Part shown: positions 9,748 through 18,602 of the stretch, piece by piece
Layout of the letters: the number at the start of each line of letters is the position of its first letter
How positions within the stretch are numbered: position 1 is the first letter of the stretch
IMG/VR virus record: IMGVR_UViG_3300028393_000019
Span: 62,001-126,000 of that record
DNA: 64,000 nt
Direction: 5' to 3' (one strand)
The notes under the pieces: generated by a model
Told to the model about the DNA's origin: nothing
Seen by the model: the letters and a program-made list of their open reading frames with translations, nothing else
Databases searched by the model: none
Made by a program: the position numbers and the translations under genes

Positions 9748-10367
9748 CCCTCAAAATTGCTTATTTTCAGCCCATAACATTGGCAATAGATCAAGTGCCT
9801 CCGATAGAGTTCAGCAAGATATTCAACCTAGCTGAAATGTTACATCAACATCCTGAGCTAAATGACAGTACCAATCCCATGCTCAGTATACGTGGAGGGC
9901 AACAGGTACAAGTGTATCCCAATCAGTTGGGCATGGATGTTGATTGGTTAGTCAATTGGCTTGAAAATATCTGCAAAGGCTACATGGAACTGATCAGCCA
10001 GCAAAGCGGTACTGAAGAATTAAAACTATGTAGACCAAAGATTGTCAGCGCCTGGACCATTAGGCAATATGCCGGTGATTACCAAGAAATGCACAGTCAT
10101 CCAGGCGGGCATCTAAGTGGAAATATCTATATCAGCGCACCTGAACTTGCGGAAGGTAGCTTGCCCAGTGACAGTCAAATATTGTTCCGACTACCACATG
10201 GAAAAGATGTAAGTAAATTTATTATGAACGACACATGGAAATATACCCCCACTCCGGGCACTGTTATTCTGTTTCCCAGTTACTTGCCTCACACAGTGTA
10301 TCCCTGGAAAGGTACTGGACATAGAACTGTGTTGGCGTTTGACGCTATCTTATTGCCCAAGGATTAA
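9744..10367 (+). CDS. 2OG-Fe(II) oxygenase superfamily protein
   Basis: HSHPG...SGNIY and FPSYLPHTVYP...R pattern of the DSBH fold. Confidence 0.8.
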   Translation: MTLKIAYFQPITLAIDQVPPIEFSKIFNLAEMLHQHPELNDSTNPMLSIRGGQQVQVYPNQLGMDVDWLVNWLENICKGYMELISQQSGTEELKLCRPKIVSAWTIRQYAGDYQEMHSHPGGHLSGNIYISAPELAEGSLPSDSQILFRLPHGKDVSKFIMNDTWKYTPTPGTVILFPSYLPHTVYPWKGTGHRTVLAFDAILLPKD

Positions 10368-10369
10368 TA

Positions 10370-10663
10370 ATGGGCAATCTCAAACCCGGCGTACCGCTAA
10401 TATACGAAAGCCCAGATGGCGGCAACACCATATATGGTAGAGAACCTGGACAAGATCCTAGAGAAAGGAAACTGATTGGATACAAATATCCGGATCCTCG
10501 AACTAGCGACGGCAGACCGTTGCATGAACACATTATAGAAGATAAAATGTGGGGAGAAATACGTCTGATGGCTAAAACCAATTCCACTTTACAAAAGGCT
10601 TTAGATCGTGCTATAATGATATACAAGTTGAGCAAAGATGAACAAACATATAGACCTTTTTAA
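10370..10663 (+). CDS. Hypothetical protein
   Basis: 97-aa ORF with YESPDGGNTIYGR motif. Confidence 0.8.
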   Translation: MGNLKPGVPLIYESPDGGNTIYGREPGQDPRERKLIGYKYPDPRTSDGRPLHEHIIEDKMWGEIRLMAKTNSTLQKALDRAIMIYKLSKDEQTYRPF

Positions 10664-11120
10664 AGAAATTATACCACTGGTTGACCTAGGCGCCAGATCT
10701 GCTTGGTCCGAAGCCACAGAGGATGAGCGTAAAGAAATCAAAGGCGACATGTACAATCTCAATCGCTATATCAGCAGTGTAAAAACCAACAACCGTGAGA
10801 TACAAGAGCACTTTATTCTAACAGTAAACGAGTACTACAACAAACATTGGTCTGTACTACAACAGCATCCTAATCTGTTATGGCAACTGCTGTGTATGTG
10901 CAGTTATGATGGCAAAACCAAATTCTTTCATGAGTGGATACCTAATAAAAAACGTGACAGCAAAGGCGGCAAGCGAGCAAGATTCCTTGAAGAATTAATG
11001 CCTGACAAAAAAATTGATGAGATTGAATTGCTGGCTGAAATGTCTACTGATAAAGAAATTAAGGATCTAGCCCGAAGTCACGGGATGGATGAAGCTACTA
11101 TTGCCAAGAAACTTAAATGA
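10638..11120 (+). CDS. Possible clamp-loader small subunit (gp62-like)
   Basis: Size, LNRYIS...VNE...HEWI pattern and replication context; weak similarity by eye. Confidence 0.45.
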   Translation: MNKHIDLFKEIIPLVDLGARSAWSEATEDERKEIKGDMYNLNRYISSVKTNNREIQEHFILTVNEYYNKHWSVLQQHPNLLWQLLCMCSYDGKTKFFHEWIPNKKRDSKGGKRARFLEELMPDKKIDEIELLAEMSTDKEIKDLARSHGMDEATIAKKLK

Positions 11121-11809
11121 TGGCATTGATCAACCAACCGTTCATCTGTCAACACTGTAACAAAGGGTTCATGCAGGAGAAAACTCTATTTGTTCACGTG
11201 TGCGAACAGAAGCGTAGATATCTGGCAAGGACAGAAAAACATGTAATGTTAGGATATGACACTTATAATCGTTTTTACAAAATGAGTCAAAACTTCAAAG
11301 GCGACAAAACATACGATGATTTTGCCCGTAGCCCTTACTATAATGCTTTTGTCAAGTTCGGCAGCTTTGTCAGCAATGTTAATCCTTTATATCCTGATAA
11401 GTTTATCAACTATGTAGTTACCAGTGGAGTTAAACTAGATCATTGGTGCAGGGACGAACTGTATGACGACTATGTTGTTCACTTGATCAAAAATGAACCG
11501 GTTGAAGTTGCACTGGAACGCAGTGTGAGTCATATGCTGTCGTGGGCCAATGATAATAACTCGCAATTCAATCATTATTTTTTATATGTTAGTCTAAGTC
11601 GTGCTTGCTATGACATTCGTGACGGAAAGATAAGTCCTTGGTTGGTTTTAAATTGTACCAGTGGCAAGGACATGCTGAAAAAATTTAACGATGAACAATT
11701 GATGGCAGTCAGTGCAGTAATGGATGTTCCTTTCTGGTTGAATAAATTTAAGAAGCTATCTGCAGATTCCGAACTGGTGAAGCAAGTAGTTAAGGAGTCC
11801 AGTATATGA
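11117..11809 (+). CDS. Hypothetical protein with N-terminal C2H2-like zinc finger
   Basis: FICQHCNKGFMQEKTLFVHVC. Confidence 0.75.
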   Translation: MMALINQPFICQHCNKGFMQEKTLFVHVCEQKRRYLARTEKHVMLGYDTYNRFYKMSQNFKGDKTYDDFARSPYYNAFVKFGSFVSNVNPLYPDKFINYVVTSGVKLDHWCRDELYDDYVVHLIKNEPVEVALERSVSHMLSWANDNNSQFNHYFLYVSLSRACYDIRDGKISPWLVLNCTSGKDMLKKFNDEQLMAVSAVMDVPFWLNKFKKLSADSELVKQVVKESSI

Positions 11810-11985
11810 AGACAAGAAAGTTAAAAGATGGAACTGAAGTAAAAGAGTTAGTATTACCAGTTACTCTAACTGTTTATACACGCTGTCCTGAAAAATATAA
11901 ATTAGTCGACATGGAAACTGGCGAAGAATATATTGGATACCCTACCATCGGAAATTCTAGCTGGAAGAAAATTAAAAATGCCTGA
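11806..11985 (+). CDS. Small hypothetical protein (59 aa, not in the ORF track)
   Basis: AAGGAG RBS; MKTRKLKDGTEVKEL...; overlaps both neighbours. Confidence 0.75.
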   Translation: MKTRKLKDGTEVKELVLPVTLTVYTRCPEKYKLVDMETGEEYIGYPTIGNSSWKKIKNA

Positions 11986-12559
11986 TATTGATATTGATTT
12001 TGCAGATAGAACACAAGCATTGAGTGTGTTAAAACATGTTGACGCCAGTTTGGATGGTACTTTTAAAAAGCACAATACCGGTGTATACTGTACTAGTATT
12101 CCGTACAATCCTGTCAGCGGTATAAGCACTATTGACTACAAGACAGCCGAAGAACGAGGATATTTTAAATTAGATTTTTTGAATGTCAGCGTGTATGAAG
12201 GCGTCAAAGACAAACAACACTTGACAAAATTAATGGAGACAGAACCACCATGGGAACTACTGGAACAGGACGAATTTACGAATCTGCTATTTCACGTGAA
12301 TGGGCACGGGCGAGTCTTGAGGACGCTGAAACCGAGAGATATCGAACAGCTCGCGGCTTGCCTGGCAATAATACGCCCCGCGAAAAAACACTTGCTAGAC
12401 AAATCGTGGAACGACATAATGAAAGAAGTATGGGTGAAACCAACGACTGACGAGTATTATTTTAAGAAGGCACATGCTGTTGCATATGCACATGTGATTG
12501 TGGTGCAGATGAATTTAATCTGCGAACAATTATCGGACTTTTCGAACAAGCTGGACTGA
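11978..12559 (+). CDS. Minimal DNA polymerase III alpha (DnaE)-like catalytic core, 193 aa
   Basis: MPDIDIDF, KHNTGV, GYFKLDFLN, LAIIRPA and YYFKKAHAVAYA match DnaE palm/finger motifs in order. Confidence 0.85.
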   Translation: MPDIDIDFADRTQALSVLKHVDASLDGTFKKHNTGVYCTSIPYNPVSGISTIDYKTAEERGYFKLDFLNVSVYEGVKDKQHLTKLMETEPPWELLEQDEFTNLLFHVNGHGRVLRTLKPRDIEQLAACLAIIRPAKKHLLDKSWNDIMKEVWVKPTTDEYYFKKAHAVAYAHVIVVQMNLICEQLSDFSNKLD

Positions 12560-12904
12560 TTTACGTTTAACACGTTTCATAGTCAAGTTCATTAGGTTAA
12601 CTACAGGTCCTAGAATAATACGTGTATCTTTGCTGTTGAATGTTTTGATTGCATAAGCATACGGTCCTATTTGATCTCGACAAAATATGCTGATAGGAAA
12701 CTGGCGATTTGACTCCCACCACCAAACTTCTCCTATTTCTAAGAATGCTGTCTTTTCTTCAGGAGTTCTTAAGGCGTTGAGATCATAGAAGCTAGTAACA
12801 TACTGATCTTGATTGATTACGATACCCACGTATTCGTTATCACCGTAGTTTAATACACTGATGAAGGGTAGATTTTGTTGTATGTCGTCTCTTAGTTTTG
12901 CCAT
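12530..12904 (-). CDS. Hypothetical protein
   Basis: Single minus-strand ORF; start moved to ATG 12904 (MAKLRDDIQQNLPFIS). Confidence 0.75.
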   Translation of the reverse strand: MAKLRDDIQQNLPFISVLNYGDNEYVGIVINQDQYVTSFYDLNALRTPEEKTAFLEIGEVWWWESNRQFPISIFCRDQIGPYAYAIKTFNSKDTRIILGPVVNLMNLTMKRVKRKSVQLVRKVR

Positions 12905-12931
12905 AAATACTACTAATAAAGGTTCCTGGTA

Positions 12932-14035
12932 ATGCAAAAAGTTCAAAGTTATTTATATCCTAATAGAGTAGTACTATTGGCTGATTTGGCAGGATTCACT
13001 GTGGAGAACAAGGTCGTGTACGCAAAAACAATTAAAATTTATCAAGGTGTTGACAATGTCATAGAATTTGACATACAAAACGTTGACCAGAAACGTTTGG
13101 ATTTATCAACTCTGTCAAATCTCAAAGTCAACATCATGGATGCTGGAGGCAAGGCACTGAATAATAGTCCTTACCCTATGACTTTAGTAACCAGTGCCAC
13201 TGCTACTGGCGCAACTGTCAATGCTACAACTGGCCAAGCGTCAACAACAACAATCACTGTACCTACTGCAAATATTTCAGGTAATGGATTTGCTGTGGGC
13301 TACACTATCACTGGTACTGGGATCAAAGGAACTGTTACAGTAAGTGCAGTAAACACAGACATTGACTCAGCTACCACTACAATATCCGTAACCTTTGCCA
13401 AGCAAACTGTGTTAAGAGCAACTGGAGTTGTTATAGCCAACACAATCATGGGATTGGCCAAGATAATTATTCCAATAGCAGATATTAGTACACTCAGCGA
13501 TCAGTTTTTAACTTACAGTGCTACCGCTGTAAACACATCGGGCAACACAGTTATGTTGTACAACGACAGCCAATTTGGCGGAAGTGGTACTATGCAATTT
13601 ATTACCAATGCTTCACCTAAAACTCGTGCTACAGTCATACACGATGAGTTTGCCAGTGAAATAAATTTTATGGGCAATGTGATAACTCATACTTCGGCTA
13701 TCCCTTGCAAATTCTACGAAGCTCAATCAACTGCCAGTATGAATTTTCAAGTTACTTTGAATGCATTTATCGGCACTGTGTATGTTGAAGGAACCGAGGA
13801 TATGACCATTTCAGTGAGCAGTTGGCTCAATACTCCAAAATTGCAGTCATTTACCTGCACTACACCTACTAGCCAAACAATACCATTTAGTCTTGTTCCG
13901 GTTCTCAACCCGGTCACAGGCAAGAACTACAGCTACATGCGAGTTAGTTGGTTCTATCCAGATGTTTGGTCCTATGGCAGTCAACAAAATGCTGCCGCGG
14001 TCTACGGATCAATTACCAAAGTCGTTGCTTCCTAA
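12932..14035 (+). CDS. Probable virion structural protein
   Basis: CATAAATA at 12902; Thr/Val-rich beta composition. Confidence 0.65.
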   Translation: MQKVQSYLYPNRVVLLADLAGFTVENKVVYAKTIKIYQGVDNVIEFDIQNVDQKRLDLSTLSNLKVNIMDAGGKALNNSPYPMTLVTSATATGATVNATTGQASTTTITVPTANISGNGFAVGYTITGTGIKGTVTVSAVNTDIDSATTTISVTFAKQTVLRATGVVIANTIMGLAKIIIPIADISTLSDQFLTYSATAVNTSGNTVMLYNDSQFGGSGTMQFITNASPKTRATVIHDEFASEINFMGNVITHTSAIPCKFYEAQSTASMNFQVTLNAFIGTVYVEGTEDMTISVSSWLNTPKLQSFTCTTPTSQTIPFSLVPVLNPVTGKNYSYMRVSWFYPDVWSYGSQQNAAAVYGSITKVVAS

Positions 14036-14058
14036 CGCAGAATCTGTTATACTTAGGC

Positions 14059-15051
14059 ATGAGCCTAATCGCGGATACACTACTACAATACCTTCCGGGC
14101 AAGCGTAAACATACTCCAAGTGGTTGGATATCGTTCAATGCTGTCTGTTGCGATGACCAGCGGCAACGTGGCGGATTCATAGTAAATGCAGGTGATGCTG
14201 TCAGCTATCATTGTTTCAATTGTGGATTCAAATGCAGTTGGCAACCTGGTAGGCACATCAGCAAAAACATGAACAAGTTCATGCGAGATTTGAATATTCC
14301 CGACGGTACTATTAGCCAACTGAGATTAGAAGCACTTAGATTAGATAACAACAATACCGCAGAAATTCGTAGTATAATTCCTAAATTCGATGTTAGGGCA
14401 CTGCCACTGGATGCTATTAGTTTTGAAGAGCTAACTACATTTTTAAAACTGCCAGATGGAGATTATGCAGTTCCGACTAAGTTTGCCGAGTCGGTTGCCT
14501 ACTTAGTTGAGAGAAAAATTGATCCTTTTGATTATCCGTTTTACTGGACTAACAAGGTGGGATTTAACAATAGAATTATTATTCCGTTTTTATACAAAGG
14601 TGAGATTGTAGGCTGGACTGCCCGTGCTATCAACGATGCCAAACCTAAATATCTAAGCGAACAACAACCTGGATACGTTTTTAATTTAGACAGTCAACAA
14701 GACGATAGGGAATTCGTGATTGTTAGCGAAGGCCCATTTGATGCGCTAAGTATTGATGGGTGTGCGTTGCTAGGAGCGGAGATAAAAGACAGTCAAAACT
14801 GGTTATTAAAGCAGTTAGGAAAAGAAATTGTACTGGTACCAGATAAGGATGCCGCTGGCAAAGCGACCTTAGAACAAGCATTGGAATTTGGGTGGGGTGT
14901 GAGCATGCCTGACTGGCCCGAAGGTATCAAAGACATCAACGATGCTGTGGTCAAACTAGGCAAGTTAGCGACACTTTGGTTGATAGTATCAGCTAAAGAA
15001 TCAAACAATCTTAAAATACAATTGAGGGCAAAAAAATGGTTCAACGAATAA
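14059..15051 (+). CDS. DNA primase (T4 gp61-like)
   Basis: Zn motif C..C and HCFNCG; TOPRIM VSEGPFDA, LVPDKD and KDINDA; start moved to 14059. Confidence 0.9.
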   Translation: MSLIADTLLQYLPGKRKHTPSGWISFNAVCCDDQRQRGGFIVNAGDAVSYHCFNCGFKCSWQPGRHISKNMNKFMRDLNIPDGTISQLRLEALRLDNNNTAEIRSIIPKFDVRALPLDAISFEELTTFLKLPDGDYAVPTKFAESVAYLVERKIDPFDYPFYWTNKVGFNNRIIIPFLYKGEIVGWTARAINDAKPKYLSEQQPGYVFNLDSQQDDREFVIVSEGPFDALSIDGCALLGAEIKDSQNWLLKQLGKEIVLVPDKDAAGKATLEQALEFGWGVSMPDWPEGIKDINDAVVKLGKLATLWLIVSAKESNNLKIQLRAKKWFNE

Positions 15052-15152
15052 TTGATTTTATTTTATCTCCTTGGCGAATGTGGCAAGAGCATCGAGCATT
15101 CAAAAAACGACTGGAAGAATTGCGGAAACGTGATCCTTTTATCTACAAATGA
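15036..15152 (+). CDS. Small protein (38 aa, ...KRLEELRKRDPFIYK)
   Basis: Fills the gap and overlaps the primase stop and next ATG (ATGA). Confidence 0.7.
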   Translation: MVQRIIDFILSPWRMWQEHRAFKKRLEELRKRDPFIYK

Positions 15153-16621
15153 TCAGTTGGGGGATTTCGGCAAATAGCCACGATGCGGCACTGGCAGTAT
15201 TTGCTGACGAAAAACTGGTATTTGCCAGCCACAGTGAAAGATACAGCGGCATAAAAAATGACAGAGATTTATGTAAAGAATTGGTAGCGGATGCCAAACG
15301 GTTTGGGTATCCAGAAAAAGTTTATTGGTATGAACGGCCTTTTCTCAAGTCATTGAGACAATTATATGCCGGGCAAGGCTGGAAAGGCCGAGACAATGAT
15401 ATTGATATTTACATGGCACGTTATGAAATTGATGCGCCAGTTGAGTATGTTGATCACCATCTTAGTCATGCCGCAGGCGGATACTATACCAGCGGATTTG
15501 ACAATGCGTGTGTGATAGTTGTAGATGCTATCGGAGAATTTGAAACATTTACTATTTGGGAAGGCAACGGCACTAAACTTAAAAAACGATTTAGTAAAAG
15601 TTATCCATACAGCATGGGATTATTTTACAGTGCTATGACACAACGAGTAGGGTTGAAGCACAATGAAGACGAATATATTTTAATGGGCATGGCTGCATAC
15701 GGCGATCCTAAAAAACATATACAGCGAATTTATGATGATTTTTTTAAAGGGCCGTATGACAGTTTTAAAATGAAAAGAAATCTTCATAGAGGGTGTATGG
15801 ACTGGGCTCCTGATTTGATTATAAAAGACAGTTTTGACATTGCGGCCGCAGTTCAGTGTATATATGAAGAATGGCTTGATGATATATTGGTCAAGGCAAG
15901 ACTGTTGGTTGACAGTGACAATTTGGTGTTAATGGGCGGTTGTGCATTGAACTGTAGTGCTAATAGACTGACCGGAGACTATTACAGTAAAACATGGATC
16001 ATGCCTAATCCAGGAGATGCTGGCAGTTCAATAGGTGCAGTGTTGGCCAAGAATCCCAAGTGGCGTATGACTCAGGATGCATTTACTCCATTCTTGGGAT
16101 ATGATATGGGCAGTCGTACTAACAACAAAGAAATAGTTGACTATCTAGTAGACAACAAGATTTGCGGATTGGCCCGTGGACGAGCAGAATTTGGTCCACG
16201 AGCATTGGGCAATAGAAGTCTGTTAGCGGATCCCCGCGGTGAAGATATAAAGGATCGAGTAAATGCAATCAAACAACGACAAGAATTTAGACCTTTTGCT
16301 CCGGCAATACTTGAAGAGCATGTGGACATGTACTTTGATATGCCTAGCGGTTGGAATACTAGTAGGTATATGCAAGTGGTCGCTCGTTGCAGGCATCCTG
16401 GCCACTATCCTGCCATTGTGCATCGTGATGGAACTTCACGTGTACAAACTGTACCAAACGATGGAAGCCCGTTTAGACAACTCTTAGAAGAGTGGTATGC
16501 TCGAACTGGATGCCCAATGTTACTCAACACCAGTTTAAATATCAAAGGCAAACCCATGGTGAATGATCACGCAGACTCAAGAAACTTTCAACGCCATTAC
16601 GGTGTTAAAGTTTTTAATTAA
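15149..16621 (+). CDS. Carbamoyltransferase, NodU/CmcH/TobZ family
   Basis: HDAA, HHLSHA, DAIGE, GGCALNC, GDAG, EFGPRALGNRS, RPFAP and LNTSLN motifs. Confidence 0.92.
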   Translation: MISWGISANSHDAALAVFADEKLVFASHSERYSGIKNDRDLCKELVADAKRFGYPEKVYWYERPFLKSLRQLYAGQGWKGRDNDIDIYMARYEIDAPVEYVDHHLSHAAGGYYTSGFDNACVIVVDAIGEFETFTIWEGNGTKLKKRFSKSYPYSMGLFYSAMTQRVGLKHNEDEYILMGMAAYGDPKKHIQRIYDDFFKGPYDSFKMKRNLHRGCMDWAPDLIIKDSFDIAAAVQCIYEEWLDDILVKARLLVDSDNLVLMGGCALNCSANRLTGDYYSKTWIMPNPGDAGSSIGAVLAKNPKWRMTQDAFTPFLGYDMGSRTNNKEIVDYLVDNKICGLARGRAEFGPRALGNRSLLADPRGEDIKDRVNAIKQRQEFRPFAPAILEEHVDMYFDMPSGWNTSRYMQVVARCRHPGHYPAIVHRDGTSRVQTVPNDGSPFRQLLEEWYARTGCPMLLNTSLNIKGKPMVNDHADSRNFQRHYGVKVFN

Positions 16622-16636
16622 ATGTTACAATAATAT

Positions 16637-18070
16637 ATGGCACAAAATACAGATTACAGTTACGATATACAAAAATTATACTTGGAAATGATGCTGGCAG
16701 ACGCCGCAACATTTGTTCGTTGTCAAAGCATTTTTGATGCAAGTTTGTTTGATCGCAAGCTTCAAGCACCTGCAGAGTTTATCAACAAATATGTTGAAGA
16801 TCACAATGTTATGCCCACGCAAGATATTGTAAATGCCGCAACCAGCAGTGATTTTAAGGTCAGTCAAGATCTACGTGAAGAACATTTTGATTGGTTGTTG
16901 AGCGACTTTGAAACATTTATCCGTCACAAAGGATTAGAAAAGGCCATTCTAGAGTCAGCTGACCTGTTGGAAAAAGGTGAATATGGTCCCGTGGAAGAAA
17001 TGATCAAAAAAGCAGTGCAAGTGGGTCTGACCAAGGATCTAGGCACTGACTATTTCTTGGATCCACGTGCTCGACTGATGCGAATCAAAGACAATAATGG
17101 TCAAGTATCTACTGGTTGGAAAGCCATGGATGACAAATTGTTTGGTGGTATGAATCGCGGTGAGTTGAATATATTTGCTGGTGGTTCAGGTGCTGGAAAA
17201 TCACTGTTTTTGGCCAATTTAGGTATCAACTGGGCCTTGGCTGGATTGAATGTGGTATACCTAACATTGGAACTTAGTGAAGAATTAGTGTCCATGCGTA
17301 TGGATGCCATGTTGACTGGTATGGCCACTAAAGAGATTTTCAAGAACCTAGATGACGTTGAAATGAAAATCAAAGTGATTGGTAAAAAGTCCGGATCTTA
17401 CCAGGTAAAATACATGCCCAGTGGTAAAACTGCCAACGATATTCGTGCTTACTTGAAAGAGTATGAAATCAAAATGGGTCGTAAAGTTGACGTGCTGTTG
17501 GTAGATTACTTGGACTTGCTAATGCCGATTAGCAAGAAGATATCACCAGCAGACTTGTTTATTAAAGACAAGTATGTCAGTGAAGAATTACGCAATTTAG
17601 CGGTGGAAAAGGGCTGTGTGTTTGTAACAGCGGCACAGTTGAATCGCGGAGCAGTTGAGGAAGTTGAATTTGATCATAGTCATATCTCGGGCGGTTTGAG
17701 TAAGATTCAGACAGCAGATAATGTGTTTGGTATCTTTACAAGTCGTGCAATGCGTGAGCGTGGTCGCTATCAAATCCAACTGATGAAAACACGCAGTTCA
17801 AGCGGTGTTGGTATGAAGATTGATCTAGAGTTCAATATAGACAGTTTGCGTATCAGTGACCTAAGCGAGGAAGAAAGCTACGGTAACAACAATAGTCAGT
17901 CAGCTGGCAGCACCTTGTTGAACAGTATCAAACAACGACAGACAGTCAACCCATCTACTGGCGAAATTACAGACCCGATGGCAGGCGCCGCAGTGCCCAA
18001 AGTTCGTGCGCAGGTAGAGTCCAGCAAGCTGAGAGAACTACTTAATAATCTGCCTGGCGATGATATCTAG
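16637..18070 (+). CDS. Replicative DnaB-like helicase (T4 gp41-like)
   Basis: GGSGAGKS, LTLELSE, VDYLDL, TAAQLNR and KTR motifs. Confidence 0.92.
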   Translation: MAQNTDYSYDIQKLYLEMMLADAATFVRCQSIFDASLFDRKLQAPAEFINKYVEDHNVMPTQDIVNAATSSDFKVSQDLREEHFDWLLSDFETFIRHKGLEKAILESADLLEKGEYGPVEEMIKKAVQVGLTKDLGTDYFLDPRARLMRIKDNNGQVSTGWKAMDDKLFGGMNRGELNIFAGGSGAGKSLFLANLGINWALAGLNVVYLTLELSEELVSMRMDAMLTGMATKEIFKNLDDVEMKIKVIGKKSGSYQVKYMPSGKTANDIRAYLKEYEIKMGRKVDVLLVDYLDLLMPISKKISPADLFIKDKYVSEELRNLAVEKGCVFVTAAQLNRGAVEEVEFDHSHISGGLSKIQTADNVFGIFTSRAMRERGRYQIQLMKTRSSSGVGMKIDLEFNIDSLRISDLSEEESYGNNNSQSAGSTLLNSIKQRQTVNPSTGEITDPMAGAAVPKVRAQVESSKLRELLNNLPGDDI

Positions 18071-18122
18071 TGATTTATGCGAAAAGAGATAAGTACGTAT
18101 ATAATAACTGTGAAAACCTGCC

Positions 18123-18566
18123 ATGGAACTGTACCACTTACGCTCTATAGACGATCCGCTGACAAAGGTCATTGACGACGATCCTGTTCGTCCCCATATT
18201 CCCTTGGCTCAACGTATCAATGACACTGCTGAAATTCTAATACTCAAAGCAGGAGAAGAAATATTGGCTGCCACTTGTTTACAATGGCTTAAAAATATTC
18301 CGTCTACCGAAGAAGAGCTGATAAATGAGGATAAAAGCAAAGATACTGCGGTGTTTTACACTATCTGGAGCTACAGTCCAGGCGCAGGCGCAGAACTACT
18401 CAAGCAGGCCGCGGCTTGGATATTGGGTGAATTCAAAGACGTTAAAAATATCGTAACTCTAAGTCCTCAGACAGAAATGGCTCGTCGCTTCCACTTGAAA
18501 AACGGTGCAGTGGTACACAAAACCAACGAAACAACCGTTAATTACCAATACTATCGCAAAGACTAA
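18123..18566 (+). CDS. GNAT-like acetyltransferase-fold protein
   Basis: FYTIWSY..GAG..L and ARRFHLKNGA resemble GNAT motifs A/B. Confidence 0.5.
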   Translation: MELYHLRSIDDPLTKVIDDDPVRPHIPLAQRINDTAEILILKAGEEILAATCLQWLKNIPSTEEELINEDKSKDTAVFYTIWSYSPGAGAELLKQAAAWILGEFKDVKNIVTLSPQTEMARRFHLKNGAVVHKTNETTVNYQYYRKD

Positions 18567-18602
18567 AACGGTTAAATACTAGTTATAAAGGACTGGTATT
18601 CC

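Noticed and set aside
11978-12559. dnaE pseudogene or split-intein DnaE
   Set aside because: ORF is uninterrupted with motifs from both ends of the catalytic region in frame; no intein N- or C-terminal motifs and no flanking dnaE remnants in other frames of the track.
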